Shown here one piece after another: positions 33,618-45,511 of a stretch of 64,000 nucleotides of DNA. The position numbers and the translations under genes are program-made. Position 1 is the first letter of the stretch; each line of letters starts with the position of its first letter. The notes beneath the pieces are model-generated. The model ran no database searches. It was not told the DNA's origin and saw nothing but the letters and a program-made list of their open reading frames with translations. The stretch comes from a virus, in IMG/VR virus record IMGVR_UViG_3300010352_001575, positions 1 through 64,000 of that record. One strand, given 5' to 3'.

Positions 33618-34151
33618 TCATATATTAACCTCATTTCCCCACACGTCCCAACCCTCTGTTTTTTGTCTTGCAAACAATTCTATGCGTGGCAAATATCCGA
33701 CGAGTTCAACTATTTTCTGTCGCACAATATCAGGCTTTTTGCTGTGGCCCTCAATCGGAGTTTGAATAATTTGAAAAACAGAATTGTTTATTCGTTTTGG
33801 CTTTCCCCTAACCGCTATAAGACAAGGTTCTGTATTTCCCCTAGTCCACCTGCCAAGTCCATAGAAAGGCTTGCCATTCTTTTTATTCAGCTTAACCCAT
33901 TGAAAGCCTATTGATTTATATTGAAATCCCCAAGCCTTTATAGTTTCCAATGCTTCTGGCAACATAGGGTATGTGGCCCACATAAATAGAACACAATCAG
34001 GAAGTGCTAATTCAGATACAGGTAAAGCACAAATGTCTTTCTGTGACATTGTATTATAATGACTTTCAGCGTTGCCACTACCCCCTTTATCCGCATAACG
34101 CCAAGGAGGGTCGGCATAGATAATTCCATATTTGTTTTTTGGTAATTCCAT
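33618..34151 (-). CDS. MT-A70 family N6-adenine methyltransferase
   Basis: IIYADPPW, HYNTM, LFMWAT, WGFQYK, HSKKP and IELFAR motifs. Confidence 0.9.
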   Translation of the reverse strand: MELPKNKYGIIYADPPWRYADKGGSGNAESHYNTMSQKDICALPVSELALPDCVLFMWATYPMLPEALETIKAWGFQYKSIGFQWVKLNKKNGKPFYGLGRWTRGNTEPCLIAVRGKPKRINNSVFQIIQTPIEGHSKKPDIVRQKIVELVGYLPRIELFARQKTEGWDVWGNEVNI

Positions 34152-35874
34152 TTTAATCTCCAGTAACTCTACAATTTTTACAGCTTTTCCAAGCGTCTTC
34201 ATAAACTTCGTCGTACACTTTTGCAAAGAACGACAAAATATCTGGCAACTGGTCATGGTCGAATATACTACTATCGCAAAATTGTGTGTCAAACTTTTTT
34301 TTTGTATTTCAGCGTTTTAATTTCATACTCACTCCTCCCACGATATTTGGACTTTGCGTTTCATTTATCGCTCCTATGCTTGTTCTGCTTTATGTCTTCC
34401 ATCACACTAAAAATAAATGTGCTTGGGCTTGGATTCAATGCCCCCCTGCCGTAGCAAGACTGTCGTACATCCTCAATCCTCGTTAGTATCTTCTGTTTCT
34501 CCTCCTCAACCCTGCGCTCAATCTCGGCGCGGATAAGGCATATCCTATCGCAGTTATTTCTGTCAACTGCGGTTGCCCTACACGGAGTAATTAGGTCTTT
34601 GCGACACACTTCACATAACCTCTGCTCCCACGACTGCGGCTCGGCGGATTTGGGTTGCCAGTTTCCGTGCTCGTAACATTCGTTACATGGACCGTGAGAA
34701 ATAATGGGGAATCCCTCGCTGGTTATGTTTTTGCAACTCCCGCAGTTCTTCTCCGGCTTGCTCTCCGGCAGGTCTTTAAGTTTATTCAAAACGCTTAGGA
34801 GATGTTTGGACTGATATTCTAGGGCCGTCCGTAGTTTTATAGGCTTTAACCCGCCCCTTTGGGTCAGTAAAATATCTTTCGCATCATCTGTTAACCATTC
34901 AAATGCTCTATTAGCGTGGTCCACATCATGTATTAATTGCTCAAACACTCTTTTCATTTCGCCCTCCTGTCCTGATATTTTCTGCCGCACCTACAGCTAT
35001 AGTCGTAGGTTAAAAATCCAAGTAGCCACGAAAACATATTGGGTCTATTTTTAGTTCCGCAAGTAGGACACGGCTTCAGTTTATTTTCCATGCTCGGCCT
35101 CCCCCTTTGCTCTTTTCTCCTTAGCGTTAGCCAGGACCACTTCCAGTATCTCCACAGCTGTAGGCCAGGAGCCGTCCATAATGCACTTGTAATAGCACCC
35201 GTCTTCCGCCTGGCATAGCAAAGCATCTAAGCCATCATCAAGTATCCTTATTTCTTCGGGAGTCAGGTGCTTCCTGACTTTGTCGATCACGACGTTCATT
35301 AGGCAGAAGCGGCAAGTACATTGCTTTTCCTGCTTAGGCAGCACGGACAAGTTAGGTACGTCGCTGCGTATGCACCCGGTCTGCACACTTGCATTCTCTA
35401 TTTTACGGTTTTTCATCGTAATCCTCCATCAGGCCAACACAGCTAAGCAAGCCTTGCTTTGTTAGTTTTAGCGCGTGGATTTCTAGCGTCTTTCTATACC
35501 CAGCGTCAGGGCATATTTTGTTATCGTACTCCTTGTGAAACAATAGCCAAGCAGATAGGGCTGGATACATGCTATTAATAGCTTTCTTGTACTTAGGCAG
35601 CATCCTGATATCGTGAAATAGCCGCAGCAGATATCTCATTCTATCTCTCCCTTCACCACCTTCTCCAGTATTGCGCGCTTCGGTATTTGCATAACGCAAG
35701 ATACCTGCCCGTCCGGCCTCTCAGACCCCGCCACAAAAATATCTGTCTCAGTTTCCCGGCACAACACTCCTCTGGTAATACAAACAACCGGTTCAACATC
35801 CAGCTCAGACACATCCTGCCAGGCATCGTGGGACGCACCGTCCAACCAAGTAATACGAACTGATGGATATTTGC

Positions 35875-36570
35875 TCATTTTGTCTCCTGCATCTTCTTCA
35901 TCTCTTCCCTCGCTGCTATCATCGTTTCTCCGTACAACGACCACAGCGGTGATAGCTGCCCGTTCAGCTCAGCGTAGAACATCTCGTCCTCTTTCAGGTA
36001 CATTCCTAGCAAGTCGCTCCGTTGCCTGATGCTAGCTGAGACATTGGCTATACGATCCGCTAGCTTTAGGTGGATGCCAAGCGGATGGCTGCGTATCTTC
36101 TTAGCTGTGTTAACCCAGCGCTCCTTGCGGTTCTTGCCGGGCTCATTCGTCACAGCAAAGACCAGGTTAGCCACATCCTCTCCGAACTCCTTTACCAGAG
36201 TTTCCATAGTGGTATCAGTATCTTCTAGAACATCGTGCAACCAGGCAGCGATTACCAGGATGCGCTGGTTCTCGCCGAGCTCCGGGTTGAATGTGTCTAG
36301 CAATATCCTAGCTACCTCTTCCGGGTGGTTTATAAACTCACCGTCTCCGTACTTTTGTCCCTTGTGCTGTTCTGCCGCAAATAGCTCCGCCCACTGGCGT
36401 AGTCCGGGGTACTTCTCTGCGGTTATCTTAGCACAGTTTTCAGAAGCTAGTTTTAGCTCGTACCTGTTGCAACAGTACAAGCACTTTAGCTGCTGTCCGC
36501 CTACACAATAGACTAGCTTGTTGCCGCAGTTAGGACACTCCTCGACTGGCTTATTATTGAACACGCGCAT
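35875..36570 (-). CDS. SpoT/Mesh1-like HD-domain hydrolase with N-terminal zinc ribbon
   Basis: H.GQ, FINHP, AAWLHDVLEDT, FGEDVANLV and LKLADRIAN motifs. Confidence 0.85.
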   Translation of the reverse strand: MRVFNNKPVEECPNCGNKLVYCVGGQQLKCLYCCNRYELKLASENCAKITAEKYPGLRQWAELFAAEQHKGQKYGDGEFINHPEEVARILLDTFNPELGENQRILVIAAWLHDVLEDTDTTMETLVKEFGEDVANLVFAVTNEPGKNRKERWVNTAKKIRSHPLGIHLKLADRIANVSASIRQRSDLLGMYLKEDEMFYAELNGQLSPLWSLYGETMIAAREEMKKMQETK

Positions 36571-37484
36571 ATCCCTCCCTTGCTATTTGTATTATGACCA
36601 CTACCAACTTGTTCCGTCGTTTGCCCTGCTCAACACAAGCCTGGCTCCAAGTCATTCGCTTTCCGCTAGGAGATGTGTAGTCCCACGGACCTTCTTTCCA
36701 CTTAGACATCCAGGCAGTGTAGTTATACAGCTTCCTAAGCACCCGCTCTTCCGCTGTCATTCCATCCCCAGTAGCTCTATGGTCCAATCCCCGTCGGGCT
36801 TACACGTGACAGAATCAACATAACAATCGGCCTTGCCTAACTGTATGTCGGATATCGATAGTATCGCGGTGAGTAATTGGTGGCCTGACAAGTTCAAGGT
36901 CATTTTTTTGATTATCCAATCGTCAGCTTCGTCATCGTTTTCCATTTCCAACCTCCTTGAGTATGGCTCTGGCTAGCCTGCGCAAGTTAGCCCTGCCGGT
37001 CATTATAGCTATGTGGCCTAACGGATAGCCAACATCCGTAGTAGCCCACAAGTAGACATCCTTGCCACTCCCGCACAGGTGAACCTTATGCACCTCGTTA
37101 TCGTACGCCTCGTACTTCTTCTCGAAGAAGAACGCATAGTCCGACGGCTTTGACATCATATACCTCCCAGGCTCTTGCCACACCCCTCCGGCTTGGCGAT
37201 CGGTTCTGCCTTGCAGTTAGGGCAGGCCGGTGTCGGGGACATATCCTTAGCATTGGGGTGGTACAGGCGCAGTATATTACTGCACTTAGGACAGCGCTCC
37301 ACGACCATAGTAGCATACAGATCGGACTTTGGTTCGGACCCGATAGTGAACTGACCTGTACCTATCTCTGTAGGACCTTTGGGTGGGTGGGCACTGTAGT
37401 AGACTATTTCGGCTAGGTTAATTGCCCAGAGAGGGGCTCCAGCCCTTGCCATACTGCCAAGCTTTTCAACGAAATGTTCTTTGG

Positions 37485-38138
37485 TCATTTCACTCTCTCC
37501 TTTACGATCTTAGACATCCTTTGTCCGTGGGGTCTGTAGCACACCATCTTGCAAGATTTTTCCCAACATTTCTTGCACTCCCCGCACTGCCCGTGCGTCT
37601 CTGTAGCCATACACAGATGCGCGCCCTTCGGGAGCTTCACATCGTGAGGGACGACTATGGCAGTATGTACCTTCTTATCATACTTGGCGTCCAGGCTGCC
37701 ATAGCTCGCACGGACCATAACATTCGGCAGCTTGTCAAACCGCTTCCTAACTTCCTGCCAGCAGGGCAGCGCCAGTGCCCGGCTAGCAATCCAGTGTTTA
37801 ACATTCGGTGTGTCTTTGCAAACGCACTCCACTATGTACGCGAAGGTCTTGTCATATATATCTCCGCTATCAAACCACCGCATATACTTAGCACCAGACT
37901 TATCTATGGCTTGAACCATAGAGCTAATGAACTTCGGCGCCTTCGTCTGCTTCAAGTTCCTCTCTCTGGCCTGCTTCACCACACCGAACCTATAATGCCC
38001 GCCCTTCGCGTAACAACCCTGGCAGACCTGAGACATCTTACCATTTTCGATAGCCCCAGGGCAAGTCTTTCCAGCAGGCAATCCGAATGTCACAACATCT
38101 TTACCTAACTTGCTAGTCTTACCGAGTTTTATTATCAT
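37485..38138 (-). CDS. Gp88-like Cys-cluster protein
   Basis: FGLPAGKTCPG..C..CYA, RWFDSGD and C..C..CW motifs. Confidence 0.7.
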   Translation of the reverse strand: MIIKLGKTSKLGKDVVTFGLPAGKTCPGAIENGKMSQVCQGCYAKGGHYRFGVVKQARERNLKQTKAPKFISSMVQAIDKSGAKYMRWFDSGDIYDKTFAYIVECVCKDTPNVKHWIASRALALPCWQEVRKRFDKLPNVMVRASYGSLDAKYDKKVHTAIVVPHDVKLPKGAHLCMATETHGQCGECKKCWEKSCKMVCYRPHGQRMSKIVKERVK

Positions 38139-38873
38139 ATGCCTCCTCGTGTTTTTTATATGTCCTGTACAGCCTGATAGCAGCGCGGTCAAGCCTAGGC
38201 TCGTCCTCGAATGCGTCTTCTAGTACGATAAGGAACTTATATATAGCTGTGCACAGCGCCGCGTTGCTCTTCTTAAGCTGCCTATAGCTAGGGGCTTGCT
38301 TTGGTATCATTTTATTCTCTTAGCCGAAGCCTTAAGATATCCGCTAGCTATCCTGATATGTATCTCGAACCCCTCGTAGTCGTACTTGATACCGAACGGA
38401 CGCTTGGTAGCTACCTTGATCGGGAGCTCCGTGATCTTCTCCTTTATAACCTTCTCGTAATCCGCGAAGTCCTCGTACTCCTGCTCGTCCTGCCAGCGCG
38501 AGTACAGGTTAACAAAGAAGTCCAGGTGCTTATCATTAACTATGTTCAATCCGCGGCTCATCTCTGCCTTGATCATCTGCGTTTTATCCTGCTGCACTGT
38601 GGTCTGTTGTTCTGTGGTCATTTGAACCCCGGGTGTAGAATTTTATTGAATGCCGCAACAACTTCGCCTTCTACTGTGCTTCGCCGTGAGTCAGAGTCAT
38701 AGCTCCAGTCTAGCTCACAAGAAACATCATCTATAAGCCTAGACAAGCTATCAAAGTCTACTGCGCTATACTTAATAAGCTTGGCTAAGACTGCCGACAT
38801 CAACATCCCCTTATTAGGAACTAGAACCAAGCGGGCCCCCGTTGCTGCCCGGATTGCCTTATACACCCCGCCC

Positions 38874-39200
38874 TCATATTTTATATTTGGCATTGCTTGC
38901 CTCCGCTTTCGCGATAGCTGCTTTGATTTTAACCAGGCACTCGGCCTCGGGCGAATACTTCGGGTCATCGTACACATCGTCAGGGCAGTTCTCTTGCACG
39001 ATTTCCTTAGCGTACTTCAGTGCTTCTAACATTTCCGGCGCGCTAGATATTAACGCTGCGTTGTACGGTGCCTGCTTAGGCCGACCCTCACAATGCACGG
39101 TTGCGATTAGCTCGCCTTTGTGCGACACTATATCAATGTCTGCGGCATTAGCTTCAGATGTCCGCCACGGACCAGGCATATGCTTCATTTTAGTTTTCAT
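38874..39200 (-). CDS. phage protein of the KH.PGPW..NA.LI..AP family
   Basis: motif; paralogous to 39200-39544. Confidence 0.65.
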   Translation of the reverse strand: MKTKMKHMPGPWRTSEANAADIDIVSHKGELIATVHCEGRPKQAPYNAALISSAPEMLEALKYAKEIVQENCPDDVYDDPKYSPEAECLVKIKAAIAKAEASNAKYKI

Positions 39201-39544
39201 TATCCCTCCACCTTTTTCATAGCTGCTACCACCATATCTCCGAGCGTGACATCATCTGAGTGCGGGGATAGCTTGCCGAAGTAGATTAATGGCTCTCCGG
39301 CGTCAACATACTCCTTCAGTATCTTAACTATTTCCAGTAAGTCCTCGTGCGCATTGCAGGCCCGGACGACAAACTCAGCGTTGGCTATCTCCTCAGCTTC
39401 AGGCCGCTTCCCGTGGGTTGACCTAACTGTAGCTACAAACCCCTGCCACCCGGATACCTTAGCTTCCCGTATGGTTTTAATCCCTTTGCCTAGCGTCCAC
39501 GGCAGCGCTGTATGCTTTAGTTCGGGTTGTCTATTACTTCCCAT
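39200..39544 (-). CDS. phage protein of the KHT..PW..ANA.F family
   Basis: KHTALPW..ANAEFVVRACNAH. Confidence 0.65.
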   Translation of the reverse strand: MGSNRQPELKHTALPWTLGKGIKTIREAKVSGWQGFVATVRSTHGKRPEAEEIANAEFVVRACNAHEDLLEIVKILKEYVDAGEPLIYFGKLSPHSDDVTLGDMVVAAMKKVEG

Positions 39545-40000
39545 TTTATCGGACCTCCGTTTAAACAATCTTCTGTCACGATGTCTTTCTGCTCCGGCCG
39601 GGCTATCCTGGTTATCAGCGCGTTCGTGACCCCGTTTATCTTCAGGAACTTATCCACCCGCCAGTGCCCCTGGTGTTCTGCCTTCACCGACTTCCGCAAC
39701 GACGCACCTAGCTTTAGGCTAGATATTTTTATGTCTGTCATTTGTCGCCTCCGCTGAATTTAACCGATTTTAACATCTCCGTCATCACCAACCTGGCTAG
39801 GTAGGCTATGGCGTCCTTGCCCAACATTGTGTTATAGACCTTCTCCAGCCTCTCTGATTCTTTCTTAACTCCGTACTCCGTTATGGCCCTGTATACTTCT
39901 TCACTGGTCCTAAGCCCCGAGGCAACTGCCTCGGGGCCATAAGATACCAGCCAGCCTTTGTCCAACCGCTGAGCCGTGTAATTGTATAGCATTATGTCTC

Positions 40001-41005
40001 CTATATCAAGCTAAGCGCTACATCCATCGCCTTCCGCTTCTGCTCGCTACCGGTTCCGAACAGCACGCTATCCATCCTACGATCTGCCACATCGTCCTTT
40101 CCTTTTATCTTGCGGACGTGGTCCACATACTCGGTGTAGCCGTTCAGCAACGCCCAGGCCGTTCCCTTGATGGCCGGGTGCGTGTTGCCCTTTCCGTTCT
40201 CTATCTTCTCAAGGATAGACAAGCGCTGCGTGGTAGTGCGGGACCGGGCTACATCGCTATCACCTGGCATCACTTTCAGACCCATCTTCTCGAAGAACTC
40301 ATCAACCTTTGCTGAGTTGATAGGCGCATTCGCCAGCCTGTTGCTCAGGTCTTCGAAGAGCTTGAACTTATAGTCCACTATGCCCATAGCGTCCCGGACT
40401 GCTGAGACCTTGTCACCTATGCTGCTAGTGTGGCGCAGCTTGTACATACCGCTCCCGTCTGAGATGGCCTGGGTAAGGGTATTATTGCAAACTACCCTCA
40501 CACTTGTCAAGAGAATCTTGACAGCTGACGAACCATCGTGGGAATTCTGCAAGAGCATATACTCATCTATCTTCTCCTGCTCCAGACCCTTAACGAAGAA
40601 CTCTCTAGGAACCTTGGCCAGCAGCCATATCTTTCTCCCGCCGAACAGCGAGCCAACAGTATGGTACATTGCTAGCTTCTCTCCAACGACTGCATCGAAG
40701 AAGCTAAAGGCCTCTCTGTTCTGCAGCGGCATATACTTATTGCCGACCACTCCCAGAGCCTTCTGGTCGTTGTTCCGAACAACTGATTTCTTGCCGGGTA
40801 TAGCCTGATAGGTGATAAGCCCAGTCTCGTGTGCGACCGGCGAATACACGGGCCTCAAACCCACTTCCCAGTCCATCTGAGCTGCTACGATTGCTTCCGC
40901 TGCTGTCATCGCGTGGTCTACTTTGCGGCCCAGGTTATGCCAGGGCGTCTCACCCGTATACGCCATCGCTGCACCATTCTTCGTAATTTCCAGTTCGTGT
41001 GCCAT
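40001..41005 (-). CDS. DUF932 family protein
   Basis: MAHE, PWHNLG, Y.PLQN.EAF.FFD, GSL.GGR, NSHDGS, RVVCNNT and GTAW..LN motifs. Confidence 0.88.
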   Translation of the reverse strand: MAHELEITKNGAAMAYTGETPWHNLGRKVDHAMTAAEAIVAAQMDWEVGLRPVYSPVAHETGLITYQAIPGKKSVVRNNDQKALGVVGNKYMPLQNREAFSFFDAVVGEKLAMYHTVGSLFGGRKIWLLAKVPREFFVKGLEQEKIDEYMLLQNSHDGSSAVKILLTSVRVVCNNTLTQAISDGSGMYKLRHTSSIGDKVSAVRDAMGIVDYKFKLFEDLSNRLANAPINSAKVDEFFEKMGLKVMPGDSDVARSRTTTQRLSILEKIENGKGNTHPAIKGTAWALLNGYTEYVDHVRKIKGKDDVADRRMDSVLFGTGSEQKRKAMDVALSLI

Positions 41006-41020
41006 ATGTCTCCTTTATTT

Positions 41021-41950
41021 TTATATGTATTTGCTGATCGCTACGACTTTGCTAAGCCGGAGTGCCGGCCTGTGCTGCGTCAAGAACTTCAGGATGCTAA
41101 CTATGTCCTTCTCCATAAACCAATACAGCCCGCCACACTCTCTAGTTCCATCCGGCGCATAGTAGTGCGCCCCGGCTCTTACTGTTTCTGGCATTGCCTC
41201 TAAGACCTGCTGCATCAACGCCTTGCCGCCGTAGAAGTGCAGGTCCTTAGCTATCTGTGTTGGGTACTTCTTTTTAGCAACACCACCGCGCATCTCCCAA
41301 TAGCCTAGCAGGAACGAACACACATACTCGTCTGGCACGGCAGGGAACTTAGACTTATCGTTCCCGATGCGTCCAGCAACGAATCCGCGGCCTAGCAACA
41401 GCTGAGCAAACGCCTTTCCATTTACGACCTTTCGGATAGCGGCCTTGCCATTAACGGTATAAGCATGGCAAGGGCTATCGCATATCTCTGAGGTGATGAG
41501 ATCCAACACCGCCCTAGAGTCTGGATTGCGCTGGAAGTCGACGCTGACTTTAGCAACATGGGCAACTGCGTAGAACACTCCGTATAGGTACGCCTTGGTA
41601 TGGCTATCAATTACCTTGAAGTAATTGAAGTCTGTGCTATACTTGTACTTGGAGTAGTTTTTGCCTATCATTTTCCTAATGACAGAGCCCTTCAGATGAT
41701 ACTTCCTAGACAAGGCTATCAGACCCATATCATTAACCATATAGTCCTTTACGACTAGCGGCTTTATGAGATTGTGCCTAGCTTCCGTGACCAGGCCAGT
41801 CTGACCTCCTCGTTCCAGTATCTGCCGCATTCGTTCCCGGCAAACTCCGTACTGCTTTCCTAGATCTTCCAGCGTGTACTTGCCCGACTTGCGCATCGCT
41901 ACCAGCTTGTTGATCTCCGACTTTGTCCAGCGTGTTTGTGTGCCTGGCAT
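41021..41950 (-). CDS. HTH plus degenerate LAGLIDADG homing endonuclease-like protein
   Basis: TLEDLG..YGV.RER.RQI HTH; YF..ID...AYLYG and FLLGYWE..G motifs with acidic residues altered. Confidence 0.65.
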   Translation of the reverse strand: MPGTQTRWTKSEINKLVAMRKSGKYTLEDLGKQYGVCRERMRQILERGGQTGLVTEARHNLIKPLVVKDYMVNDMGLIALSRKYHLKGSVIRKMIGKNYSKYKYSTDFNYFKVIDSHTKAYLYGVFYAVAHVAKVSVDFQRNPDSRAVLDLITSEICDSPCHAYTVNGKAAIRKVVNGKAFAQLLLGRGFVAGRIGNDKSKFPAVPDEYVCSFLLGYWEMRGGVAKKKYPTQIAKDLHFYGGKALMQQVLEAMPETVRAGAHYYAPDGTRECGGLYWFMEKDIVSILKFLTQHRPALRLSKVVAISKYI

Positions 41951-41958
41951 TATACCCC

Positions 41959-42429
41959 CTAGTTGTCAAAGAAGAACACTATTCTGATATCTTTTGTGTT
42001 ATATTCTTTTAGCTTCTTGCGCAGGTTAAGCATAGCCTTTTGGAACTCAGGGCTAACAGATAGCTTGGCGTAGGTCTTGGGCTTTAATAGCTCAAACAAG
42101 GTATACCACGACGGGGTATGTGCGTTTACGCCCCAGTCTGCCAGGACCTTCTTGTACCCCTCGCTAGCATCCGTCGGCACACCTCTCGGCTCAGCTATTG
42201 GCGTGGCTTCTCCTCTAACTCCGGCCAGGATCCCGAATAATCCATAGTTCCTGCCAGAGTAGCATCTGTCTGTTAGCACGCAGTGGATATCTCCGTCTCC
42301 GTGGTCGATCACTATATCGTCCTTCTCGACATACGGATACTTGAACATATAGCCAAGCTTGTACCACTTCTTTGGTTCGTCTCCGAAGGCTTTATGTATT
42401 TCCGCGTAGCAATGTATATCGCAACCCAT
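41959..42429 (-). CDS. conserved phage protein (MGCDIH family)
   Basis: MGCDIH, RNY.LFGILAGVR, PRG.P.D and RIVFFFDN motifs. Confidence 0.7.
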   Translation of the reverse strand: MGCDIHCYAEIHKAFGDEPKKWYKLGYMFKYPYVEKDDIVIDHGDGDIHCVLTDRCYSGRNYGLFGILAGVRGEATPIAEPRGVPTDASEGYKKVLADWGVNAHTPSWYTLFELLKPKTYAKLSVSPEFQKAMLNLRKKLKEYNTKDIRIVFFFDN

Positions 42430-45400
42430 TATATTTCTACCTCCTGTTTGTTATCGTCCTGCCAGGCTAAGAACCCCTTCCTGCCACAGCAGGGGCAGAA
42501 CTCGTCTCCTACGCCAACCGTCCCAGTCCAAGAACACCAGCAGCACTTAACCAAGTCGGCTATCATCGCAGCACCGGAAGTATAGGAGTCTTGTCATCAT
42601 TCGTGAACATAGCGCCAGCGCCGTTGCCTTCGTCGTCTTGGGAAGGATAGATAATATTCCCATCGTCCAGCTGGAGAACAACTGCTTTTCGATCCCAGCC
42701 AAACGCCTCGCACTCTTTGTCAGTCATATACCTAGCCTTGGTTATCTTCCTACCAACCAACAGCTTGCTAGCTACTGCCGTCCAGTGCTTGGTTGTATCT
42801 TCTATTGGTTTCATTTTTTCTCCTTGTTAGGGTTGAACCCTAAGATCTTAGTAATTATGGCCTGCTCCTTCTTGTTCAGCCTACGGTTGCGCGGTACTGA
42901 GTTCTCCGACCGGCAAGACCAGGCGTCTATACGCATCCGGTGATGGCTAGCCTGGCTTAGTCCGTTGAAAATTTTGCCAAGCTTTTCCAGGTCCGGCGAT
43001 TTAGCTATCGTCATAGTTCCTAGTGTCTTACCTTGGTCTATGAAGATCTCATACCACCTGCTTATGCCTTGCTCTATCATAGATACCTCACCCGCGTGTA
43101 GTCGGTGTTTTCGAACGCATCCTTACCTGTCTTACCGGAGTGCATACCCACCGTGGTGCCTAACATACTCTTTTCCATATCATCCTCGTACAAGTATCTG
43201 AACCCGCGGTAGTTGCGCGTCTTTAACAGAATAACTTCTACGAAATGCAACAAGGCATCTCTACCTTTTTGGTTATCGTCTAAGGTATTTAACAAAACCT
43301 CGTTAAGCATTTCCTTCAACTCCTGTACTTGTATCGTTTTCTTTGGCTTTGCCATTATGCCTCCTTTGTCCTAAAGTCCCTTACCTTTCCGCTATGCCCG
43401 CAAGTATGACACTCACAGTAAGAGTCGTCGTCCCACTCGAAGTCGTATTCTTCCTCAGTACCCTCATCATACACGGTGCTCATACATCCTGTTGCTATCT
43501 CAAACGGCTCCAAGGACTTACACTTAGGGCATTGCATTCCCATCAGGCAATTTTCATTTTTTGTTTTTGCCATTCTCTATCTCCCATTTCTTGGTTTGCA
43601 AAGCTGACCTCACCCCGTCCAGTTCACGAATGGCCATCTCACAGCGGCCCATCAGTTCCTCCAACTGCCCCTCGGCGGTGCCATCCCCAGCAGCGTCGGG
43701 GCCACCATCGTGTACGAGCTCGTAGTACAGAAACACGGCTAGAGTATCGCCTATGTTAAGCACCGTGCTACTATCCTCCGAGCTATTTTTATCGTAGTAG
43801 TCTGCCTTAGCCGCATCTGCTACCTTCCCATCTGGGTACGCGTCGTTAACGATTTTCAGCAACTGCTTTCTGGAAAGCGGCTTGTGCATTGTCTCCTCCT
43901 GGTATTGGGGTAGCTACTATCTCACCTGCTTTGTTCTTCTTCCGAATAACCCAAGCGCCTAGGTCTACTTCTAGCTCTCTGCCTTTGTCGTCCACTAGAT
44001 GGTATGTTCCGTTCTCTGCTTCCTGAACCAGAGCCATAGCCATATTCATAGCCGCCTGCACCGGGTCGTTCTCCCACATATTCGCGTAGTAGGCAGACAC
44101 ATATGTCTTTGGTTCAACGAATACGGTTTTTGATATTTTTACGCTTGGCATTTTTCCTCCCTGTTTGTATTATGCTAAGGCTCCTGTACCCGTCCGCGGC
44201 TATCAACCTCTTGGCTGCATCTATAGCCTGGGTCTGGCCTTTGGCATAGACATATACATTAGCAGATACTAAATACCTATTGCAAGTCTTGTCAGCGTCG
44301 TTGCAGCCGATGGGGCATTCGTCGCAGTTGTCGGACAAGTCCCTGATATCTTCGTCGAAGCAAGTATTGCACGGAGCTATGTCTTTTTCACAGTTAGGAC
44401 ATTTCTGCATCTGCATACAGTTATCCAGCTCTACCTCAGTATTGCAGTAGGGACACCATTCTAGTATTGTTTTATCGTCGTATTTCATCTCTTCCTCGGT
44501 TTGCCGACCTTTGCCGATACCTTTGGGTAGGTTAGCGTCAGGTAAGCGTAGACCTCGTCAATAAGCTCAGACAAGTTTCCAGACATATCCGCTTTTTCAT
44601 ATGCATCGACACTTAGTTTATCCTTGAGGTAACCATCACTGAGCTCGTCTACTAGGTCGTTGTAGTGATCATCTACCTTGATCTGAAACATATCTATAAA
44701 CATCTCTGTCATTTCAGGAGCAATATGCTCGGCTATCTTCTTTGCCATCTTCACTCTCTGTTCGTCGGTCATTTTACCTCCACCTTTCTAGGGCTTATCT
44801 TTATGCGTTTCATAACCAATGCTAACATTTTTGCATAGTCCTTTTTAGACACGCCCGCGTAGGCTAGTACATCCGAAAGGCTCTCGTCCACCACGCTAAG
44901 CCAAGTACCTTGGCCTATGTCCATCTGCAAGTCTTCGCTATACTGCCTGTTTATATCCGCCACGACTTCGTCTATGGAATAATCCACTAAGCCAACTATC
45001 TCTGCTTTGGTCATTGGGCTACCTTCACGCTCGGATAATTAATCTCCAGGCCCTGTTGGACCATATCCATAATATCCTCCATGTTCTCGTCCGCGTCCTC
45101 TTCCTTCATCAGCGCTGCATAGGTCGCATCGTCTAGCTGATCCTTGCATACAAACTTAACTGTCTCCTCTACGGTGTCGCTATACCCATCGCTCCAGCAG
45201 TACACACGAGAGAAGTGGTCAGACATATCGTCATCAAGACGCTCGGCTACTGATGCTATAATTTCTCTCACCACGGTCTTCCTTTGTTCTTCGGTCATGT
45301 TATCTCGCCCCTGGTTTGCTAAAGTTCAACCTGCCAACGATCTCGTCAACCACGTCCACCTCTTCTGATAACTTATCAAACTCCTCATCGGAGACACTTG

Positions 45401-45511
45401 AAGTTTCTCTAGCAGCATCTAAGGCATTGTCGACCAGATCGTATATCTGGCTGTCCAGCAAGTCCAATACTTCGTTGGTTAGCTTCGTGACCATCTTTGT
45501 TTGTTTCTTGG

